Source: Patescibacteria group bacterium
GTDB lineage: Bacteria; Patescibacteriota; Minisyncoccia; Minisyncoccales; JANBVM01
Length of the DNA: 64,000 nt
Assembly: GCA_024238995.1 (NCBI GenBank)
Contig: JANBVL010000001.1
Location: 10,059 to 74,058, forward strand
Direction of reading: 5' to 3'
Shown one piece after another: positions 1-9,054 of the stretch (the first letter of the stretch is position 1; the number at the start of each line of letters is the position of its first letter). The position numbers were made by a program, and so were the translations under genes. A model generated the notes under the pieces. The model did no database searches and was not told where the DNA came from. It worked only from the letters and a program-made list of their open reading frames with translations.

Positions 1-618
1 CTCTGTTAGGAATCTGATTAATCTGGTTAACCCATAAAAACTTGCCCTTATTCTGCCATAATCAAAATACCTATTATTAGGACTGTTTAGTGTAATTACG
101 CCAACTGCGCTTATGGTGTCTCTTAAAGCTTTGTCAGTATGATAAAGGACCCAATATCCCCCTTTTTCTTTTGGCACTAATACTATTTCATTAATTGTTA
201 TGTCTCTGCTCTCTAATATTCTCCTAATCATTCTTTCATTTTCAGGAGTGCCTTTTATTAGTTCAATATCCCGATTATTCAGTTCAAACTCTATTGTTTT
301 TAGTTTTTCTGTTAATTGTTTAGTTTTTTGAGTTAATGCTGGCAAACTTTTATTTTTTGTTCCAGTAAAGGTAAGAATTAAATCAATATCAGGCAATTCA
401 TCTTTTTCATTTTCCAAAGCCATATTTTTTTTAATTTTTCCTTCGTTTTTGAGAATCTGACCCAAGATTGCTTTGGCAAAGCCGCCTTTAATTATCATAT
501 TTTTTTCTTGGGATAAAACTTCTAAAACCTTGATAATCTTTTTAGGAAATAAACTTAAGGATTCTTTTTTGTCTATTTCAATTCTTGATATTTTTCTTTT
601 GAGGGGTAAAAGATACAT
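1..618 (-). CDS. hypothetical protein, C-terminus lies beyond window start; weak nucleotidyltransferase-like GG / DxD pattern
   Basis: Own minus-strand translation from the ATG (618-616) is stop-free for 206 codons down to position 1 (MYLLPLKRKISRIEIDKK...MIIKGGFAKAILGQ...ELPDIDLILTFTG...). It is absent from the ORF track because no stop lies in the window. Confidence 0.5.
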   Translation of the reverse strand, partial: MYLLPLKRKISRIEIDKKESLSLFPKKIIKVLEVLSQEKNMIIKGGFAKAILGQILKNEGKIKKNMALENEKDELPDIDLILTFTGTKNKSLPALTQKTKQLTEKLKTIEFELNNRDIELIKGTPENERMIRRILESRDITINEIVLVPKEKGGYWVLYHTDKALRDTISAVGVITLNSPNNRYFDYGRIRASFYGLTRLIRFLTE

Positions 619-652
619 ATTAATTTTATTGTTATATCACTTTAAAGATTAT

Positions 653-2695
653 TTACAAGTTTATTTTATAAACTTTTAAACCATTTAACAGATAAATGGT
701 TTCTCCATTTTCAGAGACTGAAAAATCTAATAAGTTATCAAATTTCTCACTTTGCAATTGCTTTATTACCTGGCCGTCTTTAGCTAAAACAATTATTCTT
801 TTTTGCAAGGGTTCTAAGATATATAAATAAGGAATATTGGGCGAGGTGTAGATTTTACTAAGGTCTTTTGTTTCAGGAAAAATATTAATTTTAAATTCCT
901 GATTAAATTCTCCTTTATAATATTTATAAATTAGGTTTTCTTTTAAAATCCAGATTGAAGAATCAATGGTCATTGATTGAGCTCTAATTGTTTTTTCTGG
1001 TTTTTTATTCAGCCATGATAGGGGATTATCCCAGTTGAGATTTTTTAAAAATCCATATTTAATTATTTGGCCCGTTGTTCTATCAAGAAAATAAAGATTA
1101 TTATAAAAAGGAACAAGACTATTAAAATTAGGCTCTTGATAGGCTGGTTCAAGTTGGGATTTTAAAACTTGATCATCTTTCAAAACAATCAATTTGTCCG
1201 GCTCTAAAAAGAACAATATTGAATCATTAAGGCGTGTTGCTAAGTTTACTCCCTTTTCAGTTTCAATAATCTTTTTTTGGTTATCTGATTTTAGAATAAA
1301 AACATTGGCTAAATAAGGACTGAAAAAATAAAGATCATTGTTCTGGCTGATTAGGTTATTGGGGACAAATTCTTTTCTATTAAACTCAAAAAGCAATTCA
1401 GGGCTTTCAATGTTTTCTAATTTATTTAATTCATAAAGCTTGCTTAAAATTTCATTCTCTAACTCAATAACTTGATTGCTGAATTCTTTTGGTAAAAAAG
1501 ACAGGTTTTTTGAAAGAGGCAGAATTTTATTCCAGCTTTCTTCTAAAAGGGAATTTGATTTTTTAAATGCTTCTGGGCTTGTGTCTTTTAAAATCAAAAA
1601 ACTTTCTGATAGTTCTAATATTCCTTGGATTTCTTTTAATTTTTGAGCATAAATATCAATTTTTCTTTTTTGTTCAAATTTAGAAAAAGCAAAGCCTAAA
1701 ATTAAAATAATTATTAAACCAGAAACTAATATTGTGTTTTTATGAAACGGTAATCCTTTTTTTTGATTTAATTTGTTTATCTTTAACAAAGCACGATTTT
1801 TTTTTGGCAGTTCTAATTTAATTTTTGGAACTTCAAATTTAATTTTGGGAATTCGAAAACTTTTTAATCTCTTTCCCCCTGTTGATTTTTTTCTGGACGC
1901 AATTGGTTTTTTAAAAGATAGTTTTGGTAATTTTTCAAAAACTTTTAAAACAGGGCTGAATATTTTTTTGAAAGAAAAAGCTTTCAAATCATCTTGAGAA
2001 ATTGTTTGTTTTTCTCTCAAAGATTTTTCTCTAATAAAATGGATTGTTAAAAAAATACCGCTTGATTCATTTAGAGATTGTTTTTTTTCATTTAAAATTC
2101 CTTTTAATTGGTCATTGTTAAAGGAACTTAGCTTTGTGATTTTCTTTAATATTTTTTCTTGTTCGAAAAACTTAAAAAGCTCATTTGTCAAAATACAAAG
2201 AAGATCATTTTCAGCTAATTTTCCTGAAACAATGTTGGCAAATATTTTTAAAGGATAGGGCTCTAAGCCTTCAAGCTGGACTTTTTCTTCAATGTCTGTT
2301 ATTTGACCGTCTCTTATTAAAAGAGGCTTTATATCTCCTACTTTGGAAAAGTTTAATTTAGAATCTTTTATTGAGAGAATAAAGAAATCTAAATTTCCCA
2401 GCCAGCTAATATCTCCTGATTTTGATATTTTATCCAAGAACTTGTTAGCTTCTTTTAAACTATTTTTTAACGCTCTTTCAGCGCTTCCAGTTCTTGAACT
2501 GTAATGTTTCTCTTTTATAACTTCTGCCAATTTTTTTAATAGTCTTTTATTCTGAGGCAAAGCATTTTTTAAAGAACCCACTATATACAGATTTCCCAGT
2601 TTTTTCTCATAGCCTTTTTCCGGCTCATAACAAAAACTATCTAAGATTAAATCCTCTTTTAATTTGGGATTAAAATGAAACTCAAAAACTTTCAT
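653..2695 (-). CDS. large hypothetical membrane protein (cytoplasmic N-terminal region, one TM, large C-terminal outside region)
   Basis: 680-aa ORF with a basic linker (KKSTGGKRLK), the hydrophobic segment ILVSGLIIILILGFAF and a beta-rich C-terminal half. Any PP2C/SpoIIE-like resemblance of the N-terminus is weak recall only. Confidence 0.6.
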   Translation of the reverse strand: MKVFEFHFNPKLKEDLILDSFCYEPEKGYEKKLGNLYIVGSLKNALPQNKRLLKKLAEVIKEKHYSSRTGSAERALKNSLKEANKFLDKISKSGDISWLGNLDFFILSIKDSKLNFSKVGDIKPLLIRDGQITDIEEKVQLEGLEPYPLKIFANIVSGKLAENDLLCILTNELFKFFEQEKILKKITKLSSFNNDQLKGILNEKKQSLNESSGIFLTIHFIREKSLREKQTISQDDLKAFSFKKIFSPVLKVFEKLPKLSFKKPIASRKKSTGGKRLKSFRIPKIKFEVPKIKLELPKKNRALLKINKLNQKKGLPFHKNTILVSGLIIILILGFAFSKFEQKRKIDIYAQKLKEIQGILELSESFLILKDTSPEAFKKSNSLLEESWNKILPLSKNLSFLPKEFSNQVIELENEILSKLYELNKLENIESPELLFEFNRKEFVPNNLISQNNDLYFFSPYLANVFILKSDNQKKIIETEKGVNLATRLNDSILFFLEPDKLIVLKDDQVLKSQLEPAYQEPNFNSLVPFYNNLYFLDRTTGQIIKYGFLKNLNWDNPLSWLNKKPEKTIRAQSMTIDSSIWILKENLIYKYYKGEFNQEFKINIFPETKDLSKIYTSPNIPYLYILEPLQKRIIVLAKDGQVIKQLQSEKFDNLLDFSVSENGETIYLLNGLKVYKINL

Positions 2696-2756
2696 ATTAG
2701 ACCTATTTTAACAAACTTTACCTGCTTAATGAAATTGATTACTATTGAAAATACTT

Positions 2757-2828
2757 GGGCTCGTGGCTCAGTGGCAGAGCGTACGGTTCACATCCGTAAG
2801 GTCATAGGTTCAATTCCTATCGAGCCCA
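2757..2828 (+). tRNA. tRNA-Val (anticodon CAC)
   Basis: 72-nt cloverleaf: acceptor GGGCTCG/CGAGCCC, anticodon stem TACGG/CCGTA with loop TTCACAT, T-arm GGTTCAATTCC. CCA is not encoded. Confidence 0.9.
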
Positions 2829-2855
2829 CAATTTTATTTACAAAGCATTTTAGAT

Positions 2856-3206
2856 ATGACATTATTAATAAAGATGAGAAAAAAGGCTTTTTTCGATCAA
2901 GAATTATATTCCAGAGTCTCTATTAATGACTTAATTGTTTTTGCAATGCATTCAATTAAAAATAAACAAAAAGAATGCAATTTTGAAGATCTAGTTAATG
3001 AATGCTTTAATTTTTTTCCAAAAACCTTTGCTTTTTTTAAATATCCTGATTGGCCTGACAGCAGAAAATTAGACAGACCCCTAAGAAATTTGAGGAAAAA
3101 AGGATTAATAAAAGGAGGTCCGCAGGTTCATTTTTCTTTAACCCAGAAAGGAATAAAAAAGTCCCTAGAAATTGTTAAGGCTTTTCGCCAAATAAAATTA
3201 TTGTAA
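2856..3206 (+). CDS. hypothetical small basic protein (possible winged-helix)
   Basis: 116-aa ORF. No recognisable catalytic motif. Confidence 0.45.
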   Translation: MTLLIKMRKKAFFDQELYSRVSINDLIVFAMHSIKNKQKECNFEDLVNECFNFFPKTFAFFKYPDWPDSRKLDRPLRNLRKKGLIKGGPQVHFSLTQKGIKKSLEIVKAFRQIKLL

Positions 3207-3221
3207 TTAAAAATAATTACT

Positions 3222-3344
3222 ATGTTAGAGCTTATAGTTAGCACAGTTGATTCAATAGCTTTTTACGCTTTAATAATATTGCTTACTTTTGCATTTATTG
3301 GTGCAGTTTTTTATGTGATTATGAAAAACTTACGAGGTTTTTAG
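3222..3344 (+). CDS. possible 40-aa single-TM peptide
   Basis: Own translation: MLELIVSTVDSIAFYALIILLTFAFIGAVFYVIMKNLRGF*. It fills the gap between two genes. Too short for the ORF track. Confidence 0.3.
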   Translation: MLELIVSTVDSIAFYALIILLTFAFIGAVFYVIMKNLRGF

Positions 3345-3345
3345 C

Positions 3346-3621
3346 ATGGAAAAAGTTAGGGCTCATATCATTGTTTCAGGCAGAGTGCAGGGGGTGGGTT
3401 ATAGAAACAACACTTTTCAACAAGCTCAAAAGATTGGATTAAGCGGTTGGGTTAAGAATTTAGAAGATGGAAGAGTTGAAGCTGTTTTTGAGGGAGAGAA
3501 ACAAGAGGTTGAAAAAATAATTAACTGGGCAAAAAAAGGTCCTTTATTGGCCAATATATCAGATTTTAAGATTGACTGGCAGGAGCATAAAGGAGAATTT
3601 AGTAATTTTGAAATTAAATAA
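3346..3621 (+). CDS. acyP: acylphosphatase
   Basis: 91 aa with the family motif VSGRVQGVGYRNNT and ...GWVKNLEDGRVEAVFEG. Confidence 0.85.
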   Translation: MEKVRAHIIVSGRVQGVGYRNNTFQQAQKIGLSGWVKNLEDGRVEAVFEGEKQEVEKIINWAKKGPLLANISDFKIDWQEHKGEFSNFEIK

Positions 3622-3632
3622 AAAACAAGGTA

Positions 3633-3854
3633 ATGTTGCTTAAGGTTAAGGTTTTTCCTGGTTCAAAAAAACAAGAAATAATTGAAAAATCAAAGAATAA
3701 TTTAGAGATTAGGGTAAAGGAAAAGCCAATTCAGGGAAAAGTAAATAAAAGATTAATTTTTCTTTTGTCCTTATATTTTAAAACAGAGCAGTCAAAAATA
3801 AGACTGATTAAAGGTTTTAGACAGAAGAATAAGATTTTTGAAATATTGGAATAA
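3633..3854 (+). CDS. DUF167/YggU-family protein
   Basis: 73 aa: LKVKVFPGSKKQEI...IRVKEKPIQGKVNKRLI...IRLIKGFRQKNKIF is the typical YggU pattern. Confidence 0.65.
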   Translation: MLLKVKVFPGSKKQEIIEKSKNNLEIRVKEKPIQGKVNKRLIFLLSLYFKTEQSKIRLIKGFRQKNKIFEILE

Positions 3855-4849
3855 TGAATCTTTCTTGCATTGAAAAAGTTTTAAAAAATGAACCTAAGTT
3901 CCGTTTAAAACAAGTAAAAAGGCTTGTTTTTTTTGATTTGATTGATAATTGGAGCAAAGCAACAACACTATCTCTTGATTTAAGAGAAAAATTAAATGAA
4001 AAGTGCTCTTTAGAAATTAATTCAAAGATGTTTTTTTCAAAAGATAAAAAAACCATTAAAGCACTTGTTGAATTAAAAGACGGATTAAAGATTGAGTCAG
4101 TACTTATGAAGCATAAAGATCAAAGAAATACGGTTTGTGTGTCTTCTCAGGTTGGCTGTGCTTTGGGTTGTTTATTTTGTGCCACAGGGAAAATGGGATT
4201 TAAGAGAAATTTAGAGGCTGATGAAATTATTGAACAAGTAGTGCTTTTCGCCCGTTATTTAAAAAAGAAAAAACAAAAAATTACAAACATTGTTTTTATG
4301 GGAATGGGAGAGCCCTTTTTAAATTATGATAATGTCATTGAATCAATCAAGGTTTTAAATGATAAACAAGGTTTTAATTTAGGGGCTAGGAGTTTTTCAA
4401 TTTCAACTGCTGGGATTATTGATGGAATAAATAATCTGGTTAAAGAAAAACTTCAAATTAATCTTGCCATATCTTTACATGCTCCTGACGATAAACTACG
4501 TTTAAAGATTATGCCAATGAGCAAAAAATATCCACTTTTTAAAATTTTAAAATCAGTTGATAATTATATATTGAAAACCAAACGTAAAGTAATGTTTGAA
4601 TATTTAATGATTGATAACGTTAATGATAAAGATGAGCATGCCGAAAGGCTAGCAAAGCTAATGAAAAAACCATTATATTTTGTAAATTTAATATCATATA
4701 ATCCAACAGGAGATTTTAAGCCGTCTTCAAAACAAAGAATTAAAAAATTCAGAGAAATTCTAGAGAAAAAGGGGGTGCATGTAAGTCAAAGATATAGTTT
4801 TGGACAAGACATTAAAGCTGCTTGCGGTCAGTTAGCAGTAAAGATGTAA
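3854..4849 (+). CDS. rlmN: 23S rRNA/tRNA (adenine-C2)-methyltransferase, radical SAM
   Basis: Radical-SAM cluster motif GCALGCLFCATG, MGMGEPFLNYD and the C-terminal catalytic Cys (ACGQL). 331 aa. Confidence 0.9.
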   Translation: MNLSCIEKVLKNEPKFRLKQVKRLVFFDLIDNWSKATTLSLDLREKLNEKCSLEINSKMFFSKDKKTIKALVELKDGLKIESVLMKHKDQRNTVCVSSQVGCALGCLFCATGKMGFKRNLEADEIIEQVVLFARYLKKKKQKITNIVFMGMGEPFLNYDNVIESIKVLNDKQGFNLGARSFSISTAGIIDGINNLVKEKLQINLAISLHAPDDKLRLKIMPMSKKYPLFKILKSVDNYILKTKRKVMFEYLMIDNVNDKDEHAERLAKLMKKPLYFVNLISYNPTGDFKPSSKQRIKKFREILEKKGVHVSQRYSFGQDIKAACGQLAVKM

Positions 4850-4860
4850 TCTTTATTAAA

Positions 4861-4892
4861 AAAAATCGCCGAAGATAATTTGGCGGTTTTTG
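4861..4892 (+). terminator. rho-independent terminator after rlmN
   Basis: aaaatcgcc-gaagataattt-ggcggttttt hairpin plus T-run. Confidence 0.6.
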
Positions 4893-4991
4893 GTTGACAA
4901 ACGTTGATATATATGGCAATAATAAATAGTTCAATAGAAGGAACAAACAAGAGTTCTTTTTAAGAACAAAGAAATAAGGGATGAAATCAAA

Positions 4992-5327
4992 ATGTCAGCA
5001 ATGCAAGAATTATGGAATGAACTTCTTAGACGAAATTCAGACAATGACTATCTATGTCATGTTATTGGATGCGCAGAATCTCTAAAAAAAGAAGCCTGGC
5101 AGAAACTTCTTGGGCAAGATCCAAGCAATGACAACCTTCATTTTATTATTGATAACGCAATATCTCTAAGAAAAGAAGTAGGAAAGAAATTTCTTGAACA
5201 AAACCCAGGCAATCACGATCTGCGTGATATTATTCAATACGTAGAACCTCTAATAGAGGAGACAGAAAAACTATTAAAAAGATCAATAAACGAAATCTTA
5301 AAAGGTAAGAGTAATGGAAAAGGATAA
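4992..5327 (+). CDS. hypothetical protein with three ~28-aa internal repeats
   Basis: Repeats NSDNDYLCHVIGCAESLKKEAWQKLLGQ / DPSNDNLHFIIDNAISLRKEVGKKFLEQ / NPGNHDLRDIIQYVEPLIEETEKLL. Confidence 0.5.
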   Translation: MSAMQELWNELLRRNSDNDYLCHVIGCAESLKKEAWQKLLGQDPSNDNLHFIIDNAISLRKEVGKKFLEQNPGNHDLRDIIQYVEPLIEETEKLLKRSINEILKGKSNGKG

Positions 5328-5399
5328 GTTTTCTTAACCACATTACTCTTTTTTTATTTAAACTTTGACTGAAAGAAGTTCTTCGGTTTTACTCAGTAT

Positions 5400-5430
5400 A
5401 ATCGCCTTATTAGCGGTTTTTTGATAAGAT
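5400..5430 (+). promoter_or_regulatory. terminator hairpin fused to extended -10 promoter (TGaTAAGAT)
   Basis: aatcgc-cttatta-gcggtt followed by TTTTTTGATAAGAT. The next ATG (5438) lies 7 nt after the -10 hexamer. Confidence 0.5.
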
Positions 5431-5437
5431 TAAATAC

Positions 5438-6211
5438 ATGGTCCCTAATTATTTTAAATCAAAACATGGTTATGAGATAAGTGGTATTTGGTATCCACGG
5501 GTAACTTCAATTTGTAATATTATTGCCAAACCTGCCCTTGAAAGATGGATTGCCAATCAACCCAGCTTTGCTGTTATGGAAAAAAAGAAAGAAAAGGCAG
5601 CTCAGTGGGGTACACTGGTTCACAACACAATAGAAGAAATACTTTTAGAAAAGAATCCAAAAATTGAAAATATGATACAACCTTCAATACAAGCTTTTTC
5701 TGATTGGTTAGATAATAATAAAGTCAAAGTTAAAGAAATAGAAAAAAGAGTTGTCAGCAATAAAAATACTTATGCTGGAACTTTTGATATTTTAGCAGAA
5801 GTTAATAATGAATTAGGAATTTTAGATTTAAAAACCAGTAGAGAAATTTGGGATAATCATTTTATTCAAAATTCAGCATATTTTAATGCATACAATGAAA
5901 AAAACAGAAAAAAAGCCAAAACTCACTGGATTTTAAGAATTGACCAGTATCAAAAATGCAAGGTTTGTGGTGGAAAAAGAAGAAATAAATTGGGTGAGAT
6001 TAATATTAAAGGCGCGAAAAGGCTCTGCAGACATGTCTGGGATAGTCCTAAAGGCGAGTGCGAACTTCAAAAAGTCAAAAGTCATAGATCTTTTATTGAT
6101 ACTTTTTTAGCTGCAAAGAAATTATGGGAATTTTCAAATAGGAAGTTACTTTCTCGGATAAGTAATTATCCAAATAAAACAAAAACACATTTAACACTTT
6201 TTAATGTTTAA
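5438..6211 (+). CDS. PD-(D/E)XK-family nuclease (phage exonuclease/Cas4-like core) with Cys-rich insertion
   Basis: Core motifs GTLVHNTIEE, GTFDILAEV...LGILDLKTS and QNSAYFNAY. Insertion CKVCGG...CRH...C. Confidence 0.6.
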   Translation: MVPNYFKSKHGYEISGIWYPRVTSICNIIAKPALERWIANQPSFAVMEKKKEKAAQWGTLVHNTIEEILLEKNPKIENMIQPSIQAFSDWLDNNKVKVKEIEKRVVSNKNTYAGTFDILAEVNNELGILDLKTSREIWDNHFIQNSAYFNAYNEKNRKKAKTHWILRIDQYQKCKVCGGKRRNKLGEINIKGAKRLCRHVWDSPKGECELQKVKSHRSFIDTFLAAKKLWEFSNRKLLSRISNYPNKTKTHLTLFNV

Positions 6212-6811
6212 ATGCAGGAAATAATTACAAAACAACTTGCTGATGAATTAATGAGAATAAAAGGAGAGGTGAGAGGAATTGCGCCCAAAGCTCATGTCCA
6301 GTTTGTAGTTGAAGAGAAAGGAGAAAGTATTTTTGAAAAAGTAGAGGATAAAATGGCAGAACTTGGTCATCCTGTAAACTATAAAAGCCTAAGACCAATG
6401 AATTTTTATCCAATAGGAATAGAGGCTATAACTTTATTAGTTATTAAGCAATTGTTTAATTATGATGATGAGAAGTTTAAAGAAATTGGTAAATATCAAT
6501 CAAAGATTTCATTAATAATAAAGTTATTTACGAAATATTTTGTTTCTATAAAGATAATAGCTCAAAAAGCGCCAGAAATGTGGAGGAAGTACTATACAGT
6601 CGGAGATTTAAAAGTAACAGAGTTAAATGAAAAAGAAAAATATACTGTTGTAGAAGTTAAAGATTTTAAAATGCATGAACATCACTGCAGGATGCTTGAA
6701 GGCTATTTTGCCAGTGTTATAAAAATGGTAGTAAAAGAAAATACAATCTGCAAAGAAACAAAATGTATTTTTAAAGGCGATGATTATCATGAGTTTTTGA
6801 TAAAATGGTAA
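6212..6811 (+). CDS. hypothetical protein, V4R/DUF2378-like ligand-binding fold (weak)
   Basis: 199 aa. The C-terminal pattern HHCRMLEGYFASVIKMVV...ICKETKCIFKGDDYHEFLIKW resembles V4R-type C..G...C.F ends. The start abuts the upstream stop (TAAATG). Confidence 0.4.
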   Translation: MQEIITKQLADELMRIKGEVRGIAPKAHVQFVVEEKGESIFEKVEDKMAELGHPVNYKSLRPMNFYPIGIEAITLLVIKQLFNYDDEKFKEIGKYQSKISLIIKLFTKYFVSIKIIAQKAPEMWRKYYTVGDLKVTELNEKEKYTVVEVKDFKMHEHHCRMLEGYFASVIKMVVKENTICKETKCIFKGDDYHEFLIKW

Positions 6812-6817
6812 ATTAAA

Positions 6818-6845
6818 ACAGCCATGCATTGCACGGCTGTTTTTG
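6818..6845 (+). terminator. rho-independent terminator
   Basis: acagcc-atgcattgcac-ggctgt followed by ttttt. Confidence 0.6.
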
Positions 6846-7086
6846 GTTAATCCTTTCTTCTTTTTTGAACCCGCAATCTAAAGGTGATTTTTAAAAAGTA
6901 CTGATTAAGATTAAACTACGGGCTCGAAAAAGAAGAAACTATTTTAATTATAATTTCATTATAACATATTACTATGATTTGTCAATAGTTATGCCAAGTG
7001 TTTTTAACTATTTTTTAAGAAATGATATAATAAACAGGCCGCATTAAACGCTCTAAAAAGCAATAAAACTTACGAAATATATTAAT

Positions 7087-7317
7087 ATGATGAACGAATT
7101 AACATTGTCACTTTTAGACAATCCATGGTTTCTGTTTTTATTTCTTGCATGGACCATGCCTTGGAAAGCAGTAGCCATGTGGAGAGCATCAAAAAACAAT
7201 CACAGGAGATGGTTTGTTGTTTTGCTTGTATTAAACACTTTGGCAATTGTAGAGATTATATACATTTTCTTTTTTAGCAAGCCAAAGAAAATTGAATTAA
7301 AAGAGCATGAAGGTTAA
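7087..7317 (+). CDS. small two-TM membrane protein
   Basis: 76 aa: PWFLFLFLAWTMPWKAVAMWRASKNNHRRWFVVLLVLNTLAIVEIIYIFFF. Confidence 0.5.
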   Translation: MMNELTLSLLDNPWFLFLFLAWTMPWKAVAMWRASKNNHRRWFVVLLVLNTLAIVEIIYIFFFSKPKKIELKEHEG

Positions 7318-7846
7318 GCAATTGGCAGTAGGCGAGCTAGCAGGTAATTGCTATTTACTGGCTTCAGAAAATGAATTAATTGTTATTGATCCTGGAGATG
7401 AAGCAGAAAGGATTTTAAAAGAGATTGAACAGTTAAAAGCAATTCCAAAGTACATTATAATTACACATTGTCATCCTGATCATGTTCTGGCTATGCCAGA
7501 AATTAAAAAACAAACAGGAGCCAAGGTTTTAATCCACGAACAAGAAAAGCAGTTTGGGAATTGTGAAGCTGATGGGTTTTTGAAAGAAAAAGATGAAATA
7601 AAGATTGGGAATACTGTTTTAAAAGTTATTCATACGCCAGGACATACTCCTGGAAGCATATGTTTATTGGGAGATAACTTTATTTTTACTGGTGACACGC
7701 TTTTCGAAAATGGTTATGGTAGAACTGATTTGCCTGGTGGTTCATATGAAGAAATGGAAAATTCTCTTAACAGATTATCACAATTATTAAAATCAAAAAT
7801 GGTGGTTTACCCTGGTCATGGTAGACCTTTTGATGTTAAAAAATAA
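7307..7846 (+). CDS. MBL-fold metallo-hydrolase
   Basis: THCHPDH metal motif, HTPGHTPGS and a GD...TD tail. 179 aa. Confidence 0.85.
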   Translation: MKVKQLAVGELAGNCYLLASENELIVIDPGDEAERILKEIEQLKAIPKYIIITHCHPDHVLAMPEIKKQTGAKVLIHEQEKQFGNCEADGFLKEKDEIKIGNTVLKVIHTPGHTPGSICLLGDNFIFTGDTLFENGYGRTDLPGGSYEEMENSLNRLSQLLKSKMVVYPGHGRPFDVKK

Positions 7847-7854
7847 CATAATTT

Positions 7855-9054
7855 ATGGTTAAAAAACTTAAAACTTCATTAAGGGCATTTAATACGCCAC
7901 TATCTCCAATAAGAAAATTTGTGCCACTTTTACAGCTTGCCAAGAAAAAAGGATTAAATGTTTTTGAACTTCACATTGGTCAGCCTGATTTAAAAACGCC
8001 TTCTCAGATTTTAAGCAAAATAAGGAATTTTAATGAGAAAATAATAAGATACACTCCTTCTAATGGGATTCCTGAAGTTCAGTCTGCCTGGAAAAAGTAC
8101 TTTAAAGGTTTTGGTATTAATTTTAATGAATCTGAAATTGTTGTTACGATCGGAGGAAGTGAAGCAATATTTTTTGCTCTTTCTGCGATTTGTGACCCAG
8201 AAGAAGAAGTTATTGTTTTTGAGCCGTTTTATACAAATTACAATGGCATTGGATCAATAGTTAACGTGAAGTTAGTTCCTGTTAGAACCTTTGTAAAAAC
8301 TGGCTTTCATTTACCTGATAAAAAATCTATTGAAAAAAAGATTAGTAAAAAGACAAAGGCAATTTTAATTTGCAATCCATCTAATCCTACTGGCACTGTT
8401 TACAGTAAAAAAGAACTTCAAATGATTGTTGATATTGCCAATAAGCATAATCTTTTCATCTTAGCTGATGAAGTTTATCGTGAGTTTGTTTACGATGGAC
8501 AAAAGCATTTTTCAATAATGGACTTTAAAGCAGCTCATAACAAAGCAGTGATTCTTGACAGTATTTCAAAGAGATTTAGCGCTTGTGGTGCCAGGATAGG
8601 ATGTCTGGCTTCAAAAAATAAAGACATTATTGCTGGAGTGACAAAGTTTGCCCAGGCAAGGTTGTCTTTACCAATGGTTGAGCAAATTGCAGCAGTTCCA
8701 CTTTTATTGAATTCAAAAGCATATACTAGGAAAATTGTTAAAGAGTATAAAAAAAGAAGAGATGCTGTTTATGAGGGCTTGCAGGAAATCCCAGGGATCC
8801 AGTGTTTAAAACCAAAAGGAGCATTTTATATAACAGTCAAACTTCCTGTTAAAAGTGCTGAAGATTTTACTCGTTGGCTGTTAACTAAGTTTTCATATAA
8901 TAACCAAACAGTAATGCTTGCTCCTGCTGCTGGGTTTTATGCAAGCAAAGGATTAGGAAAAGATGAAGTAAGAATTGCTTTTGTCTTGTCAGCGCCAAAA
9001 ATGAAACAAGCAATGAAAGTTTTAAGAATTGCTTTAGAAAAGTACAAAAGTTAA
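7855..9054 (+). CDS. pyridoxal-phosphate-dependent aminotransferase (class I, aspartate-aminotransferase-like)
   Basis: CNPSNPTG, ILADEVYREF and SISKRFSACGARIG (PLP lysine context). 399 aa. Confidence 0.85.
   Translation: MVKKLKTSLRAFNTPLSPIRKFVPLLQLAKKKGLNVFELHIGQPDLKTPSQILSKIRNFNEKIIRYTPSNGIPEVQSAWKKYFKGFGINFNESEIVVTIGGSEAIFFALSAICDPEEEVIVFEPFYTNYNGIGSIVNVKLVPVRTFVKTGFHLPDKKSIEKKISKKTKAILICNPSNPTGTVYSKKELQMIVDIANKHNLFILADEVYREFVYDGQKHFSIMDFKAAHNKAVILDSISKRFSACGARIGCLASKNKDIIAGVTKFAQARLSLPMVEQIAAVPLLLNSKAYTRKIVKEYKKRRDAVYEGLQEIPGIQCLKPKGAFYITVKLPVKSAEDFTRWLLTKFSYNNQTVMLAPAAGFYASKGLGKDEVRIAFVLSAPKMKQAMKVLRIALEKYKS

Noticed and set aside
473-679. 68-aa plus-strand ORF from the supplied track.
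   Set aside because: It overlaps the longer stop-free minus-strand frame (1-618), and its sequence is Phe/Ile/Leu-rich antisense-type noise.
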